Positions 1 through 8,653 of a stretch of DNA of 64,000 nt are shown here, one piece after another. Source of the stretch: a virus; the IMG/VR virus record IMGVR_UViG_3300017963_000014, positions 1 through 64,000 of that record, one strand, 5' to 3'. Each line of letters opens with the position of its first letter. Position 1 is the first letter of the stretch. The position numbers and the translations under genes are program-made. Below the pieces are notes generated by a model that searched no databases, was not told the origin of the DNA, and worked only from the letters and a program-made list of their open reading frames with translations.

Positions 1-386
1 AGCTCGGCCGCGAACGAGACCTTCTCGCCCGCGTCCCGCGCCCGGGTCTCCGCGGCGAAGATCCGGAGGCTCTCCTCGAGCGGGACGTCCGCCGCGTGCC
101 TCTCGTCCCGCTTGACCCGCTTCCGAACGACTCGGACCTCCGGGGGGCGGCAGGACTCGGCGCCAGCCTTTAGGACGGCCTTCCGGAGCGCCTCGCGGTC
201 GAACGTCTCGACCCTCTCCTCCGGGACGACGACGACCGGCTTGACCCGCGCGCCCTTGAGTAGGCTCTCGTCCAGGAGGAGGTCCGGGTTCTCGACGAAG
301 TCGAGGAGGACCTCGACGTGCCGGTCGACCGGGAGCTCGACGAACCGCTCGCGCGGCCGCGCGGGGCTAGACCTCAGCGTCTTCAC
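1..386 (-). CDS. Partial gene (runs off window), SbcD/Mre11 C-terminal-domain-like protein
   Basis: Not in the ORF track. Hand translation from GTG at 386 (GGAGG 6 nt upstream): MKTLRSSPARPRERFVELPV...LKGARVKPVVVVPEERVETFDREALRKAVLKAGAE...VPLEESLRIFAAET, open to position 1. Confidence 0.6.
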   Translation of the reverse strand, partial: MKTLRSSPARPRERFVELPVDRHVEVLLDFVENPDLLLDESLLKGARVKPVVVVPEERVETFDREALRKAVLKAGAESCRPPEVRVVRKRVKRDERHAADVPLEESLRIFAAETRARDAGEKVSFAAE

Positions 387-669
387 GGAGGACCTCCAGG
401 AGTTCCGCGAACTCCTCGCGGACGACGGCGCCGACGCGCTTCAGGGCGTCGGATAGGGTCTCGCCCTCGTTCACGGAGACGGTCGAGCCGCAGCCGACCT
501 CGAGCGACTCGTACTTCGCGAGCCGGACCTTCCGCGAGACCTGCGCCCAGACCCGGTCGCCGCCGTCCCGCCGAACCTCGACCTCGAGCTTCTCCGGGGG
601 TCTCCGCTGTATACCGCTCCCCCCGGGGGGAGGGACGAGGTTCTCGGGTCGTAGCTTCTTCTCCGCCAT
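367..669 (-). CDS. Hypothetical protein (100 aa)
   Basis: GC3-rich coding pattern; starts 2 nt after the upstream stop codon. Confidence 0.7.
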   Translation of the reverse strand: MAEKKLRPENLVPPPGGSGIQRRPPEKLEVEVRRDGGDRVWAQVSRKVRLAKYESLEVGCGSTVSVNEGETLSDALKRVGAVVREEFAELLEVLREDAEV

Positions 670-671
670 CC

Positions 672-1418
672 CTAGACCTCCGCGAGGACGACGCCCTTCG
701 GCGAGCGGGCCTCCCCGAAGTCGACATGGATCGAGGAGCCGACGACGGTCACCCGGTCGAGCTCCTGGTGGTGGTGAACGTGCCCCGCGTAGACCCGGAG
801 GACCCGAGGGTCCTCGAGGAGCGCCCGCGGGATCGAGGTCCCGACGTCCCGCTGCGTAACGTCGTCCGGACCCCGCTTCGCCCCCGGGACCTCGAGGTGC
901 GCGAACGCGAGCGCCCGCGCCTTCCGGGGGAGCCCGGACTCGAGCTCCCCCTCCGCGAAGCGATCGAGGAAGCTCTGAGAGTCCTCGAACGCCCCCCGCT
1001 CCCGCGCCTCCGCCTCCGTCACGAACGGGAGGAGGAAGAGAAACTCGCTCCCCTCCCGGACGAGTATCGGTTCCGTAATAACCTCGACCCGCCCCGCGAA
1101 CGCGTCGTCCCGCGCGAGCGCCTCGAGCGGTAGGAGCGAGTTCACGCTACCCCGCGTCCGCTTGTCGTGGTTCCCCGCGAGGACGTAGATCGAGGAAACC
1201 CTCCGCGAGAGCGGGAGGAGGTACTCGAGCGCGACCGCGTACGCCTCCGGCCCCGGACTCGGGGAGTTGAAGAGGTCCCCGAGGTCGACGTAGACGTCCG
1301 GTTTCAGCTCCGACGCGAGCTCGACGATCGCCCGGAGGACCCGCGCCTGCTCCTCGAGCCGCGCGACGCCGTCCGAGACGAGCCCGAGGTGCTTGTCGCC
1401 CGTTACGAGGACCCTCAC
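672..1418 (-). CDS. sbcD: SbcD/Mre11-like metallophosphoesterase nuclease (catalytic domain only)
   Basis: Motifs GDKH, GDLF, GNHD, AH and GHVH; GSS..VDFGE...KG C-terminus. Confidence 0.85.
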   Translation of the reverse strand: MRVLVTGDKHLGLVSDGVARLEEQARVLRAIVELASELKPDVYVDLGDLFNSPSPGPEAYAVALEYLLPLSRRVSSIYVLAGNHDKRTRGSVNSLLPLEALARDDAFAGRVEVITEPILVREGSEFLFLLPFVTEAEARERGAFEDSQSFLDRFAEGELESGLPRKARALAFAHLEVPGAKRGPDDVTQRDVGTSIPRALLEDPRVLRVYAGHVHHHQELDRVTVVGSSIHVDFGEARSPKGVVLAEV

Positions 1419-1714
1419 GACGGGAGACCTCCCCTCCCGCCCTCGATCGCGGCGAGCGCCCGGCGGTAGACCTCCTCCTCCCCCTCGTCGAGGACGACGC
1501 CCTCGCGGAAGCGAACGAGGAGCTCTAGGTACGCCGCGGCGTGCGCGACGAGCTTCAGGAGCCCGCGGTCCTCCGCGGGCCAGCCGCCGGTGAGAACGGC
1601 GGAGAGGGAGAGGAACGAGAGGAACTCCCGCTCGGTTATCCCCTCCGGGATCCTACCGGCGAACTCCCGTAGGAACGCCCGGAGTCTACCCCCGCGCTCG
1701 GGGTCAGTCGTCAT
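1415..1714 (-). CDS. Hypothetical protein (99 aa)
   Basis: Overlap-coupled to both neighbours; helical composition. Confidence 0.65.
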   Translation of the reverse strand: MTTDPERGGRLRAFLREFAGRIPEGITEREFLSFLSLSAVLTGGWPAEDRGLLKLVAHAAAYLELLVRFREGVVLDEGEEEVYRRALAAIEGGRGGLPS

Positions 1715-2873
1715 CCTCGACCTCCTTCGCCTCCTCGGGGGACGGAACCTCCGCGAGGTCTAGCCTCCCGAGCTCCTCCGCGACGCGGGCGAAGCGCGGG
1801 CGGCCGTCCTCCTCCTCCCGGAGCCAGAGTAGGTAGGCCTTCTTCGAGGGCGCGACGAGCTCGCCGCGGTAGAGGTAGCCCTTCCCGGACCGGTACTTCG
1901 CGAGCCCGACGTGGATACTCTCCTCCCGGACCTCCCGCGCGGGGTCGAGCCCCTTCGGGGTCTCCGGCTCGAGGCCGGAGGCGGAGTAGAAGTAGGCGGT
2001 CTCCTCTAGGTGCGGCCCAAGCGAGTTCTTGACTATCTCGACCTCGTGCTTCTGCCCGCAGATCCGGGGCTCCGCGTCCTCGGTCTTGACCCTCGACTTC
2101 GCGCTAACGCGGAGCCGCCAGCCGGCGTCGTACTCGATCGCGACCCCGCCCTTGACCTTGTACCTCTTCTGCCCCGGCCCGGCGTCGAGGTTCTCGACCT
2201 CGCGCCGGACGAAGACGAGGATCTCGTCGCGCTCGAGCGTCGGGAGGATCTTGTCGAGCCACTTCGAGGTTAGCATCGCGCGGAGCGGGTAGCCCCGGGC
2301 CTCGACCTTCCCCTCGATTATCTCCTCGAGCTCCTTCTCCGGGGTGAGCCGGAGGACGGAGTCGAAGACGGCGGCGCAGAAGGCCCCGGGCGGGACCTTC
2401 CCCGCCTCCTTCGCCCTCCGGAACTTCGCCCGGTACTTCTGGTACCTCTCGATCGCCTCCTCGAACGTCCGCGGCTTGTAGTACGCGACCTCCGAGAGGT
2501 CGCCGCAGACGGCGGCGTACCAGGCGAGGTCGACGGCGCGGCACTCGGCGTCGACGAAGAGCCCCCAGCCCCCGGAGGCGTGGACGTCCCCGAGGAGCTC
2601 GGCGCAGAGGAGCGACTTACCGCCGCCCGACTTACCGAAGACGTCGCCGAGCATCCCGCCGGGGATCCCGCCCGAGCGGAGCGCCCGGTTAAGGGACGTT
2701 ATCCGCGTCGGGAGGATCCGGGGGTACTCGACCTCGGACCAGCGGCGGAAGCCCTCGATCCCCGAGAGCGCCGCCCCGAGCGCCTTGCTCCGCGCCGAGA
2801 GCGGGGGAGGGGCGGGGGACTTCTTCTCGGAATCCGTCCCCCGCTTCTCCCGCTTCACCCGCTTCGTCGGCAC
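1704..2873 (-). CDS. recA: RecA/UvsX-like recombinase
   Basis: SLNRALRSGGIPGG, Walker A GKSGGGKS, FVDAE, VFDSV, GGVAIEY, IVKNSLGP. Confidence 0.85.
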   Translation of the reverse strand: MPTKRVKREKRGTDSEKKSPAPPPLSARSKALGAALSGIEGFRRWSEVEYPRILPTRITSLNRALRSGGIPGGMLGDVFGKSGGGKSLLCAELLGDVHASGGWGLFVDAECRAVDLAWYAAVCGDLSEVAYYKPRTFEEAIERYQKYRAKFRRAKEAGKVPPGAFCAAVFDSVLRLTPEKELEEIIEGKVEARGYPLRAMLTSKWLDKILPTLERDEILVFVRREVENLDAGPGQKRYKVKGGVAIEYDAGWRLRVSAKSRVKTEDAEPRICGQKHEVEIVKNSLGPHLEETAYFYSASGLEPETPKGLDPAREVREESIHVGLAKYRSGKGYLYRGELVAPSKKAYLLWLREEEDGRPRFARVAEELGRLDLAEVPSPEEAKEVEDDD

Positions 2874-2876
2874 GGG

Positions 2877-4049
2877 CTAGAACTCCTCGTCCTCGCCGAC
2901 GTACTCCGCGCCGCAGCCCGGGTGCGGACACTTCAACGCGTCCGTCGGTACCTTCTCGCGGCACTTCGGGCAGATGTCGTACTCCTCGCCCTCCTTCGGC
3001 TCCCAGGCGAGCTCCTTCTTCGGCGGGTCCTTCTTCTTCCTCACCGTCTTCTTGACCCGCGGCGCCTTCGCCGGCTCCGGCTCCTTCTCGGTCTCCTTCT
3101 CCTCCTTCTCCGACTCCGGTTCCTTCTCCTCCTTCTCGGGCTCCGGCTCCTTCTCCGGTTCCTTCCTCGCCCTCGGCTTCGTCTTCTCCTCCTTCGCCTT
3201 CGGCTTCCGGAAGACCTCCCCGTCGTTCTCGATCTCGATCTCGAGGTCGTCGCGGACGAGGGCGTCGTTCAGGGCGGCGAGCATCGCGTCGGGGTCGGAG
3301 AGCTCGAGCTCGTCCGAGAGGTCGAGGCACTCGCCGTCGAGAAGCTTCATCAGCTCGTCGTCGTCCGGCCGCTCGGCCGGGCGGCCGCGGGCGGAGTACA
3401 TATCCGAGCCGCTCTCGCGGTCGTCGTACTCGATTAGGAAGGGGTAGGGCTCGAAGAAGGGGTTCCCCTTCTCGTCCCCGCTCTCGTCGACCTCGGACTC
3501 GATCTCCTTCCGGATCTCGGTCGCGAGCGACTTCGCGCCGGCGAGGACCTCGAGCGTCAGCTCCTTCGGCCGCTTCTTCTTCGAGTCCTCGACGAGGACG
3601 GCGGCGACGACGAAGTCGCCCTGCGGCTTTAGGTTCTTCCGGAAGTCGTAGCCCTTCAGGCCGAGGATCTCGCCCTTACAGTACTCGACCTTCCCCCGTC
3701 CCTTCCCGACCGAGAGGATCGTCTCGTCCGGGTCGATATCGTCGCGCGTCCGGAGCAGCTCGCGGAGCGCGGAGAACGGGCAGGCCTTCGGGTCGTCGGG
3801 GACGACGTAGGGGACGGCGACGACCTTCTTCTTCCCCGTCTCCTTCCCGTCGTCGTCCTTCTCCGCGACCTCGCGGTTGAAAAAGACCCGGAGACGGTCG
3901 TTTATCTCCGTATCCGGGTGAAGGTAGATCTTAGCGCGCGGCTTCCAGTCCATACGCTCGGACGAGAAGCTCTTCTGCCCGACCTCCCTCAGTCGGTCGA
4001 CCTTCGCCCGCGCGCGGGCGAGTCGCTCTTCCTTCGTCAGTTTCGGCAT
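2877..4049 (-). CDS. Putative gp32-like ssDNA-binding protein with K/E-rich linker and C-terminal zinc ribbon
   Basis: Position between PolB and RecA; CPF motif; acidic C-terminus EDEEF; CPKC...CPHPGC. Confidence 0.55.
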   Translation of the reverse strand: MPKLTKEERLARARAKVDRLREVGQKSFSSERMDWKPRAKIYLHPDTEINDRLRVFFNREVAEKDDDGKETGKKKVVAVPYVVPDDPKACPFSALRELLRTRDDIDPDETILSVGKGRGKVEYCKGEILGLKGYDFRKNLKPQGDFVVAAVLVEDSKKKRPKELTLEVLAGAKSLATEIRKEIESEVDESGDEKGNPFFEPYPFLIEYDDRESGSDMYSARGRPAERPDDDELMKLLDGECLDLSDELELSDPDAMLAALNDALVRDDLEIEIENDGEVFRKPKAKEEKTKPRARKEPEKEPEPEKEEKEPESEKEEKETEKEPEPAKAPRVKKTVRKKKDPPKKELAWEPKEGEEYDICPKCREKVPTDALKCPHPGCGAEYVGEDEEF

Positions 4050-4634
4050 TTACTCTCTCCCTTTCCGATTCGCTCGGTTCAGCATATTAGGGTCTAGCCC
4101 GGAGCGGGCTAGAGCTAGGTCGGCCTGCTTCCGGAGCGAGGCCATCCGGGACTGCCACGCCTCGTAGAGCTGCTTCGCGAGCGCCCGGTTCCGCTCGTAG
4201 ACTCGGCGGCGCTTCCGCCAGTCGCGGTAGGCGGGGACGTGCGCGGCGACCCAGTCCTCGACCATGTCGACGGTCACGTGCCCGCTCATTCGCGCGCCCT
4301 TCTTCGCCCTCTCGAGGGACTCGCGGGCCTCCCAGGAGAAGTTGCTGTACGCCGCCCGGTAGTGGAGGTCGAACTCGTCCGCCTCCTCGATCGCGGCCTG
4401 GAGGAGCATCCCCGCGCGGCGAAGGTTCGCCTCCGCGCGGTCGATCGCCCGAAGGACGTGCTCGACGCTCCCCCGCCCGTCGCCGAGGGTCAGGTCCCGC
4501 TCGAGGACGCCCCAGACCTCCTCGACCTTCACGTTCTTCAGGCGCTCGCCGAGGAAGGCGAAGCGCTCCGACCTCCGCTCGTGCTCCGCGAGCGCGGCGG
4601 CGGCGGTCCTCATACCCTTGACGCGAGGCGGCAT
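4050..4634 (-). CDS. All-helical protein, possible UvsY-like recombination mediator
   Basis: Long helices with T..MVE.WV...Y and A...R..SL pattern; adjacent to SSB-like and RecA-like genes. Confidence 0.4.
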   Translation of the reverse strand: MPPRVKGMRTAAAALAEHERRSERFAFLGERLKNVKVEEVWGVLERDLTLGDGRGSVEHVLRAIDRAEANLRRAGMLLQAAIEEADEFDLHYRAAYSNFSWEARESLERAKKGARMSGHVTVDMVEDWVAAHVPAYRDWRKRRRVYERNRALAKQLYEAWQSRMASLRKQADLALARSGLDPNMLNRANRKGRE

Positions 4635-4644
4635 ATACCCTCTC

Positions 4645-7512
4645 CTACCCCGCTCTATCCCGGATGCGCTTCGCCCGCGGAGCGCTACGGAGCTCCTCGA
4701 GGTCGGCCTCGAGGAGGATATCGCCCCTGTTCTCCCGGATCCGCGCGACCGCCTTCGAGACCCGCTTCGGGTCCGCGAGCCAGGTCCGGTAGCGGTCGAC
4801 GAGCTTCCGCCGACGAGCGCGACCCTTGATGAGCCACTTCGACCAGTCGATCACGGGGAAGCAGACCTCGAGGATCCGCTGCGAGGCGGGGAAGATCACG
4901 CGGTCCCAGTAGTACTCGGCGTCGTACGCGATCCCTCCGGCGGCGTCCTCGAAGTCACCCCGCGTTACGCCGGAGAGGTTCGGCTTCGTCCCGGTTACGA
5001 CGTACTCGACCTTCATTCCGACGTAGTACTCCCGCCCGGTCTCCCGAATCTCGGCCGCGAGCTTGACGTGCAGCGGCGTCGTCTTGTACCTCTCCGGGTC
5101 CTTCGATATCCCCTTCCCGATCGAGACCTCGTCGACGGAGAGCTCGCCCTCGGCGCAGCGTCGGAACTCCGGCTCGACGACCCCGCGCTCGATCTCGTCG
5201 CCCGAGAGTCCCTCCGTAAGGATCGCGTCCAGGACCCGCTGCTGGAGGCGGCGAGTCATCCCGGAGCAGTCGCTCCGCATCACCTCGAGGCCCTTAACCT
5301 CGACGTGATCCGTCTTCCCCCCCTTGTGGAGGAGCATCCTCCCGGCGTACCGCTTCTTAACGACGAAGAAGATCCGGTCGTAGACGTCCTCGAACTCGAG
5401 TTCGACCCGATTCCAGTCGAGGTTGCAGTTGAAGCCCCGGAGCTCCTCGAGGTAGCGCTCCTGGCAGTACGCGACGAAGCGGTTCCCGGCGTCGAGTATC
5501 TCCTCGATTCGGGCATCCTCGGAGGGCCAGGTCTTACCGGTCGGCGCGAGCTGAACGAAGACCGAGTCGGTGTCACCGTAGAGAACCGCGAACCCGTTCT
5601 CCTTCGCGTACCGCTCCGTTAGGCGGATGAAGTACCGCCCGCTGAGCGTGATCGCCTCCGCGAGCTCGGTGTCGTAGTACCGGGAGCGGGCGTTACCCAT
5701 GTCGCCGTAGAAGCTCAGCCCGAGGCGCTTGAACGAGTACGCGAGCCGGTAGTAGAGGAGGTAAAGGTCGTCCTGCGTCGTCCCGACCTCCTCGAGCCGC
5801 TTCCCCTGAAGGTCCGTGTACTTCTTCCGCCGCTCGAGCGTCCGGACGAACATCTGCGAGATATACCCCTCGCGGTCCCTCCGGAAGGTCGCGCCGCCCT
5901 TCTCGAGCGTCCCCCCGCCCTCGGTCTCGACCTCGACGAGGGGGCAGCGACAGAGCGAGTCCGGTCCGTTCTCCCGGAGGAACGCCTCGCGATCCTCGAG
6001 CTTGACGATCGTCTCGGGCGAGATGTTAAACGCTCGAACCATCGACGGGTAGAGACTCTTGAAATCTAAAGCCGCCACGTTCTCGTGCATCCCGACGACG
6101 GGGGGGAATACGTAGGCGCCCTCGTACTTCTCGGGCTCGGCGGAGGACCAGTACCGGGTCCGGAAGTGCTCCCCCTCCTTGTACCCCTTCTTTAGGAGGA
6201 GCTGGTCGATCTTCGTCGAGATGTTCCAGTCGTTCGCGAAGCCGTTCGCGATCCGGCAGAAGATCTGCTCGATCGAGACGAACCCCGTAAACTCCTCGAG
6301 CTTCCGGAGAATCCTCGCGTCGTACCGGTTATACTCCTCTAACAATTCGGGCTCGTACCGGTAGAGGTTGATAAACTTCGGTACCACCCCCGGGCGACGC
6401 TCACGGAAGGTCGTACGCCAGTCGATCTTCTGCATCTTCAGGACGCGCTCCCCGATCGAGTCGAGGGCGTAGGAGACGGCGTCCGCGCCCGCCCGCGTAT
6501 AATGCCGCTTGAAGACCGGTAGCGGGTCGGCGAAGAGGTGGTACCGCCAGTCGATCCAGATCCGGTGCTTCCGGAAGCGGTAGAAGATAACGGGAAAGTC
6601 GAATCCGAAACCGTTCCACGCGGCGAGGACGTCGTAGCGCTCGACGCACTCTCGCTTAAAGCGAAGGAGCATCTCCCGCTCGGCGGCGTCCGTCTCCTCC
6701 TCGAGTCGAAGGAACCCCGCGTCCGAGGGGTCGGAGTCGAAGCGGTCGCCCTCCCAGGCGATCGAGAGTATCCGGTTCTGCTCCTTCCTCTCGAACCCCC
6801 CGACGGTATCGTCGGTCTCGATGTCGAGAAACCCCATCCGGTACCGAGCCTGGATTTTTAAATCTACGTCCGTCAGGAACCGCTGCTTCGGCGTTAGGTC
6901 CGCCTCGAGAGGCTCAAGACCCTTCCGACGACACCACTCGACCGCCTCGTGAACAGGCTCCCACCGGTCGCGATCTCGGGGGAAGCGGAGCGCGCCCGGT
7001 CGCTCGCCGAGGAAGTAGGGGGTCGCCCAGCTAGAGGCGCGGTCGGGGTCCCCGACGTTCCGGAAGATCCGCTTGTGATCGATCTTCGGAACCCTCCGCG
7101 AGACGTAGACCCGTACGAACCTCTCGGGGTAGAGCGCGTCGGGCTCGACCCGCCGGGCGTGCCGACGGCAGAGCCAGTCCCAGCTCTCGCTCGGGATCCT
7201 CTCGAACTCCTCCCGCCGGAGGAGGAAGTACCACTCGAAGGGGTGAACCTCCTTAACCCGCCTCCCCGTCGCGGGGTCGCGGCGGAGGAGGACGACGTCC
7301 TCGCCCTCGGACCAGCCGTGGTAGTACTCCTTATCGGAGAAAAAGAACCGCTGGTCCTTCATCTCCTCGAAGTCGGCCGCGCTCTCGAGGTCGACCTCGT
7401 CGCGCGAGTCCCGAACCTCCTTCGAGTCGATCTCCTGTACGTAGAACTTCCGCTTCTCCGCGCCCGCGCCGAAGTCCCCTGCGATCCCCTGAGTGTCGGC
7501 GTCCCCGATCAG
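4645..7512 (-). CDS. polB: Family B DNA polymerase with 3'-5' exonuclease
   Basis: ExoI LDIETD, ExoII WNGFGFD, ExoIII YNRYD, motif A DFKSLYPS, motif B KRLGLSFYG, motif C YGDTDS, KKRY. Start uncertain: CTG 7512 or ATG 7362. Confidence 0.93.
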   Translation of the reverse strand: MIGDADTQGIAGDFGAGAEKRKFYVQEIDSKEVRDSRDEVDLESAADFEEMKDQRFFFSDKEYYHGWSEGEDVVLLRRDPATGRRVKEVHPFEWYFLLRREEFERIPSESWDWLCRRHARRVEPDALYPERFVRVYVSRRVPKIDHKRIFRNVGDPDRASSWATPYFLGERPGALRFPRDRDRWEPVHEAVEWCRRKGLEPLEADLTPKQRFLTDVDLKIQARYRMGFLDIETDDTVGGFERKEQNRILSIAWEGDRFDSDPSDAGFLRLEEETDAAEREMLLRFKRECVERYDVLAAWNGFGFDFPVIFYRFRKHRIWIDWRYHLFADPLPVFKRHYTRAGADAVSYALDSIGERVLKMQKIDWRTTFRERRPGVVPKFINLYRYEPELLEEYNRYDARILRKLEEFTGFVSIEQIFCRIANGFANDWNISTKIDQLLLKKGYKEGEHFRTRYWSSAEPEKYEGAYVFPPVVGMHENVAALDFKSLYPSMVRAFNISPETIVKLEDREAFLRENGPDSLCRCPLVEVETEGGGTLEKGGATFRRDREGYISQMFVRTLERRKKYTDLQGKRLEEVGTTQDDLYLLYYRLAYSFKRLGLSFYGDMGNARSRYYDTELAEAITLSGRYFIRLTERYAKENGFAVLYGDTDSVFVQLAPTGKTWPSEDARIEEILDAGNRFVAYCQERYLEELRGFNCNLDWNRVELEFEDVYDRIFFVVKKRYAGRMLLHKGGKTDHVEVKGLEVMRSDCSGMTRRLQQRVLDAILTEGLSGDEIERGVVEPEFRRCAEGELSVDEVSIGKGISKDPERYKTTPLHVKLAAEIRETGREYYVGMKVEYVVTGTKPNLSGVTRGDFEDAAGGIAYDAEYYWDRVIFPASQRILEVCFPVIDWSKWLIKGRARRRKLVDRYRTWLADPKRVSKAVARIRENRGDILLEADLEELRSAPRAKRIRDRAG

Positions 7513-8108
7513 GGACGAGCCGGTTCGGAACCCCTCCCCCGGGGGAGGAGCGCCCTCCGCCAGTTCTCGGCCTCCGTCTCGAGGCGGGTCCACTTCCGGA
7601 GGGTCGCGTTCGGGTGCCGGAGGAGCGTCGCCTCCGCCGTCGTCCCCTCGACCGTCCTCCGGAGCCCGAAGTCGCTTAACCCGAGGGCGACGCCCGCCGC
7701 CCTCCCGAGGACGAGGACCGTCCGGAGGTTCGGGAGTTCGAGTAGTTCCCTTCGAAGGTACCGTTCGGCGCACGTCTCAAGCTCCATTGGGGTCGGGGCG
7801 CGGTTCCCGGGGGTCGCGCACTTCAGGGCGTTCGTCGCGTAGCATCGCCCGAGGTCGAGACCCGAGCGGTCGGCGAGCTCGAGGAAGGCCCGGGTCGAAC
7901 CAGTTAAGAGTACGGGTTCCCCGCCCCGCCTCCGGGTCTCCGCGAGGAGGGGGAGGAGGAAGCAGCCCTCGACCCCGTCCACGGCCCGCCGCGAGGGGTT
8001 GATCCCGACGACCACGACCTCCGCGTCGTCGGGTCCGACGCCGACGCAGCGGGGGAGGCCGGAGGAACCGAGGGTACAGGCTCGGCAGGGGCGGGGGTCG
8101 CACCTCAT
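7509..8108 (-). CDS. Uracil-DNA glycosylase superfamily protein (Fe-S type)
   Basis: CRAC, G.GP.DA.VVVVGINP, YATNALKC, NRAPTPMELETC, LVLGRAA, HP. Confidence 0.85.
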   Translation of the reverse strand: MRCDPRPCRACTLGSSGLPRCVGVGPDDAEVVVVGINPSRRAVDGVEGCFLLPLLAETRRRGGEPVLLTGSTRAFLELADRSGLDLGRCYATNALKCATPGNRAPTPMELETCAERYLRRELLELPNLRTVLVLGRAAGVALGLSDFGLRRTVEGTTAEATLLRHPNATLRKWTRLETEAENWRRALLPRGRGSEPARP

Positions 8109-8653
8109 CGTCCCCCGGTCTCGAGGTGCAGGCTCCCGACGAGGAGCGAGAGCCGCGTCCCCCCGAACCGGTCGGGTAGCCCGGAGACCGCCGCACCGGC
8201 GGCTGCGAGGTTCCCGAGGAGGTCGAGCGGGAGGAGCGGGGCGAGGCGCTCCGAGCGCATGTACGCGACGACCTCGAGGTAGGGGCGCCGGAGGAGCTGG
8301 ATCGCGGTCGGGCAGGCGGGCGGGGGGAGGACCGATACGATCCGACGCGAGCTCGGCTCCTCCCTCCCGATACGCGCCCTGAGATTCCCCGCGTGCCGGA
8401 CGTAGTCCGAAGCCTCCGTCCGGAAGCGCTCCGCGAACCCGACCCCGGGCTCGAGGAGGTCGAGGGCACGTAGGATCGACGGGAGGTCCTCGAAGTCTAG
8501 GACCCGCGGGACGATGTACCTAAACTCGACCCCGCAGTTCTCGACGTAAGTACGCCCATCTACGCAGACGGACTTCCCCGAGGCCCGAAGCTCGACCTCC
8601 TTCCCCCCCGCGAGGACGAGGAGGTCGCGAGCGAGGTCGAAGTTAGTAATCAT
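8105..8653 (-). CDS. Minimal thymidylate-synthase (ThyA)-fold enzyme, predicted dCMP-modifying
   Basis: SSRR, PAC (catalytic Cys), Q, YMRS, LPLD and GSLH align by eye to ThyA DSRR/PC/Q/YQRS/LPFN/GDTH. Confidence 0.7.
   Translation of the reverse strand: MITNFDLARDLLVLAGGKEVELRASGKSVCVDGRTYVENCGVEFRYIVPRVLDFEDLPSILRALDLLEPGVGFAERFRTEASDYVRHAGNLRARIGREEPSSRRIVSVLPPPACPTAIQLLRRPYLEVVAYMRSERLAPLLPLDLLGNLAAAGAAVSGLPDRFGGTRLSLLVGSLHLETGGR

Noticed and set aside
367-1418. TAG stop-codon reassignment or readthrough joining the SbcD pieces
   Set aside because: The frames after each TAG are out of register, and TAG terminates many full-length genes normally.
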